A stretch of 63,599 bases of DNA, counting the filler, from Globobulimina sp. (lineage: Eukaryota), in the NCBI GenBank assembly GCA_003354225.1. It is 39 parts of 39 records of this genome, joined end to end, with 100 filler letters (N's around TTAATTAATTAA, not from the genome) between each part and the next. Parts side by side here need not be neighbours in the genome. Positions count along the whole stretch, not along the records: positions 62,068 to 63,599 come from PIVH01015208.1; 38 more parts are not named here. One strand, given 5' to 3'. Both the position numbers and the translations under genes were made by a program. Numbering within the stretch: the stretch's first letter is position 1; the number at the start of each line of letters is the position of its first letter. Under the pieces are notes generated by a model that saw nothing but the letters and a program-made list of their open reading frames with translations, had not been told where the DNA came from and did no database searches. This document shows, one piece after another, positions 62,068 through 63,599 of the stretch.

Positions 62068-63333
62068 GTGCCAGACCAAAGTAGCAGCAAAGATGGCGGA
62101 GCAGCAATATATAATATCATTGTTTACGACTCCAAGAACCGCAGATTAATCCTATCCGTCTGCATCAACAACACCTTCAATTTAGGCATATTAGGGGCCA
62201 CTGCCTTATCTTTCAATGACAGCAAAAACGAATTATATTCCTTCAGCTTCCCAGACCCCGACATGTTATATGAATTTATCTGCGCCTGTTGTATGGCGAA
62301 AATATTCCGCAACGACATCAATACCAACAACCACCGCCTGATCATCCAAGATCTAACCAATGCGAACTCGCAGCCATTGTCTGTCAATTGCGACACTTCT
62401 GTCTGCGACACGCAGCTCAAACTGTGGATGGCCAATCATAAGCAACATCCGTACAAACGCGGCAAATTAATCTATTCTGGACAGAAAACGATCTATTTGA
62501 AGAGCGGCAAATGGATAATGTCTGCGATCACGGACGCATTGAAAGGAATGCGTCCCACTTTGAAGCGGCTGTTGATTGTCCCGCCGCAGTTTGGGTTTGG
62601 TCACAATGGCAATGACAAGTTAGGCGTTCGCAAGAATTCCACCTTGATTATTGAGATCGAATTGAACTCGATCCAACAGAGCAAATTGCCGCAGTATGCC
62701 TCGGATGCGGCCATGTTGAATATTTGCGATAACAGTTCTAATGTTTCTGGCGGACATGGTTCCGGCTCGAATTCCATTGAATTGCACAATCTGAAGAAGG
62801 AAAATGATACATTGAAGCAAGAGATATTGCGGTTGAACCATAGGATCAATGACTTGGTGAAAAATAATAGGAATTTGAAAAAGACGCTTGATTTTCATGA
62901 GATTGCACAAGTGAAAGAAAAAACGAATTTGCGGAAAGCGATCAAGACAGAAACTAAAAAGTTACAGCAGGATTTGGGACAATTTGGGGCTAGGTTTGAA
63001 GCGTATGATTTGGAGATTGATTATACGAAGAAACATTATTTAGAATGGAATTGCGAGGATGTCATTGATTGGGTCTTGTCGCTGAATTATGGATCGTTTG
63101 CAAAGTATGCAAGTTTGTTGAGGCAGAATGTGCCGCGACAAAATATCAAAGGGAAACATTTGGCGAAATTGGATAAATATGAATGGAAATCGTTAGGGCT
63201 TCTCGACCCGGACGATTGTTTGAGTATTATTGATCACGTAAAGGCGTTGACTATGGAAGAGAAACAAAAATTTGCCAATAATTTTGATAATTTTGCAAAT
63301 AACTTTGATCCTAATATTAATTTGTTTGATTGA
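62068..63333 (+). CDS. FKBP15-like protein: WH1/PH-like, FKBP-like, coiled coil, SAM (5' partial)
   Basis: GMRPTLKRLLIVPPQFGFG...NSTLIIEIEL; heptads; WNCEDVIDWV...IKGKHL..L....LGL. Confidence 0.75.
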   Translation: MPDQSSSKDGGAAIYNIIVYDSKNRRLILSVCINNTFNLGILGATALSFNDSKNELYSFSFPDPDMLYEFICACCMAKIFRNDINTNNHRLIIQDLTNANSQPLSVNCDTSVCDTQLKLWMANHKQHPYKRGKLIYSGQKTIYLKSGKWIMSAITDALKGMRPTLKRLLIVPPQFGFGHNGNDKLGVRKNSTLIIEIELNSIQQSKLPQYASDAAMLNICDNSSNVSGGHGSGSNSIELHNLKKENDTLKQEILRLNHRINDLVKNNRNLKKTLDFHEIAQVKEKTNLRKAIKTETKKLQQDLGQFGARFEAYDLEIDYTKKHYLEWNCEDVIDWVLSLNYGSFAKYASLLRQNVPRQNIKGKHLAKLDKYEWKSLGLLDPDDCLSIIDHVKALTMEEKQKFANNFDNFANNFDPNINLFD

Positions 63334-63599
63334 ATAAATAAAACATAATAATTAATTAATTACTTATTTTTTATTTTTGTAACTAGGTCAAGGCTGCAGC
63401 ATTTTCAAATTCTGGTTTGAAAAAGTATTTTCTTACTTTTCTGATTATTTTTCTGACTTAGAAATGATTATCTGACTACCACAACTGTGAAAAACAGTAT
63501 ATTTTCAGGTTTATATTTGAACATACTAACAAGGCGTTAAATGGGAAAAATCAAGGAAATATCAAATATTATATTATATATCTGTTTAACATAAGTATT

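Noticed and set aside
1..63599. Operon-like or defence-island reading of neighbouring genes
   Set aside because: Neighbours across linkers are unlinked contigs, and the genes are spliced eukaryotic genes.

Overview
This window is not one locus. It is 39 unrelated, length-sorted contigs (1535 down to 1532 bp) joined by an artificial 100-nt linker (N44-TTAATTAATTAA-N44, stops in all six frames), so no synteny exists across linkers. Almost all contigs come from an AT-rich, gene-dense microbial eukaryote with short GT-AG introns (55-111 nt where measured). The gene repertoire suggests a foraminiferan or other rhizarian (inference). Recognisable genes: RPUSD/RluA pseudouridine synthase, RhoGAP, formin, TMEM181, ISY1, SRR1, TLDc, C11orf54-like, CAMK-type kinase, kinesin, WWE, GKRP-like, RCC1 and kelch propellers, UPF2-like, CTL/PNS1, CYP86-clan-like P450, CNOT10, MPPED-like, HIBADH-like and FKBP15-like. 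Two contigs look foreign: a Polinton/Maverick-type packaging ATPase C-terminus (50646-51053) and a truncated bacterial kdsC (55145-55438). The best leads are: (i) a PSI-EGF-saposin-like-ependymin-like single-pass protein with a YxxL tail; (ii) a shared N-terminal 'RSQLLVSGYV' module on two different beta-propellers; (iii) the Polinton fragment; (iv) divergent gene pairs whose start codons are only 44-77 bp apart; (v) in-frame stops and frameshifts in otherwise intact genes; (vi) predicted pseudo-enzymes. No rRNA, tRNA or CRISPR array was seen. All family calls come from motif recognition by eye, not database searches.
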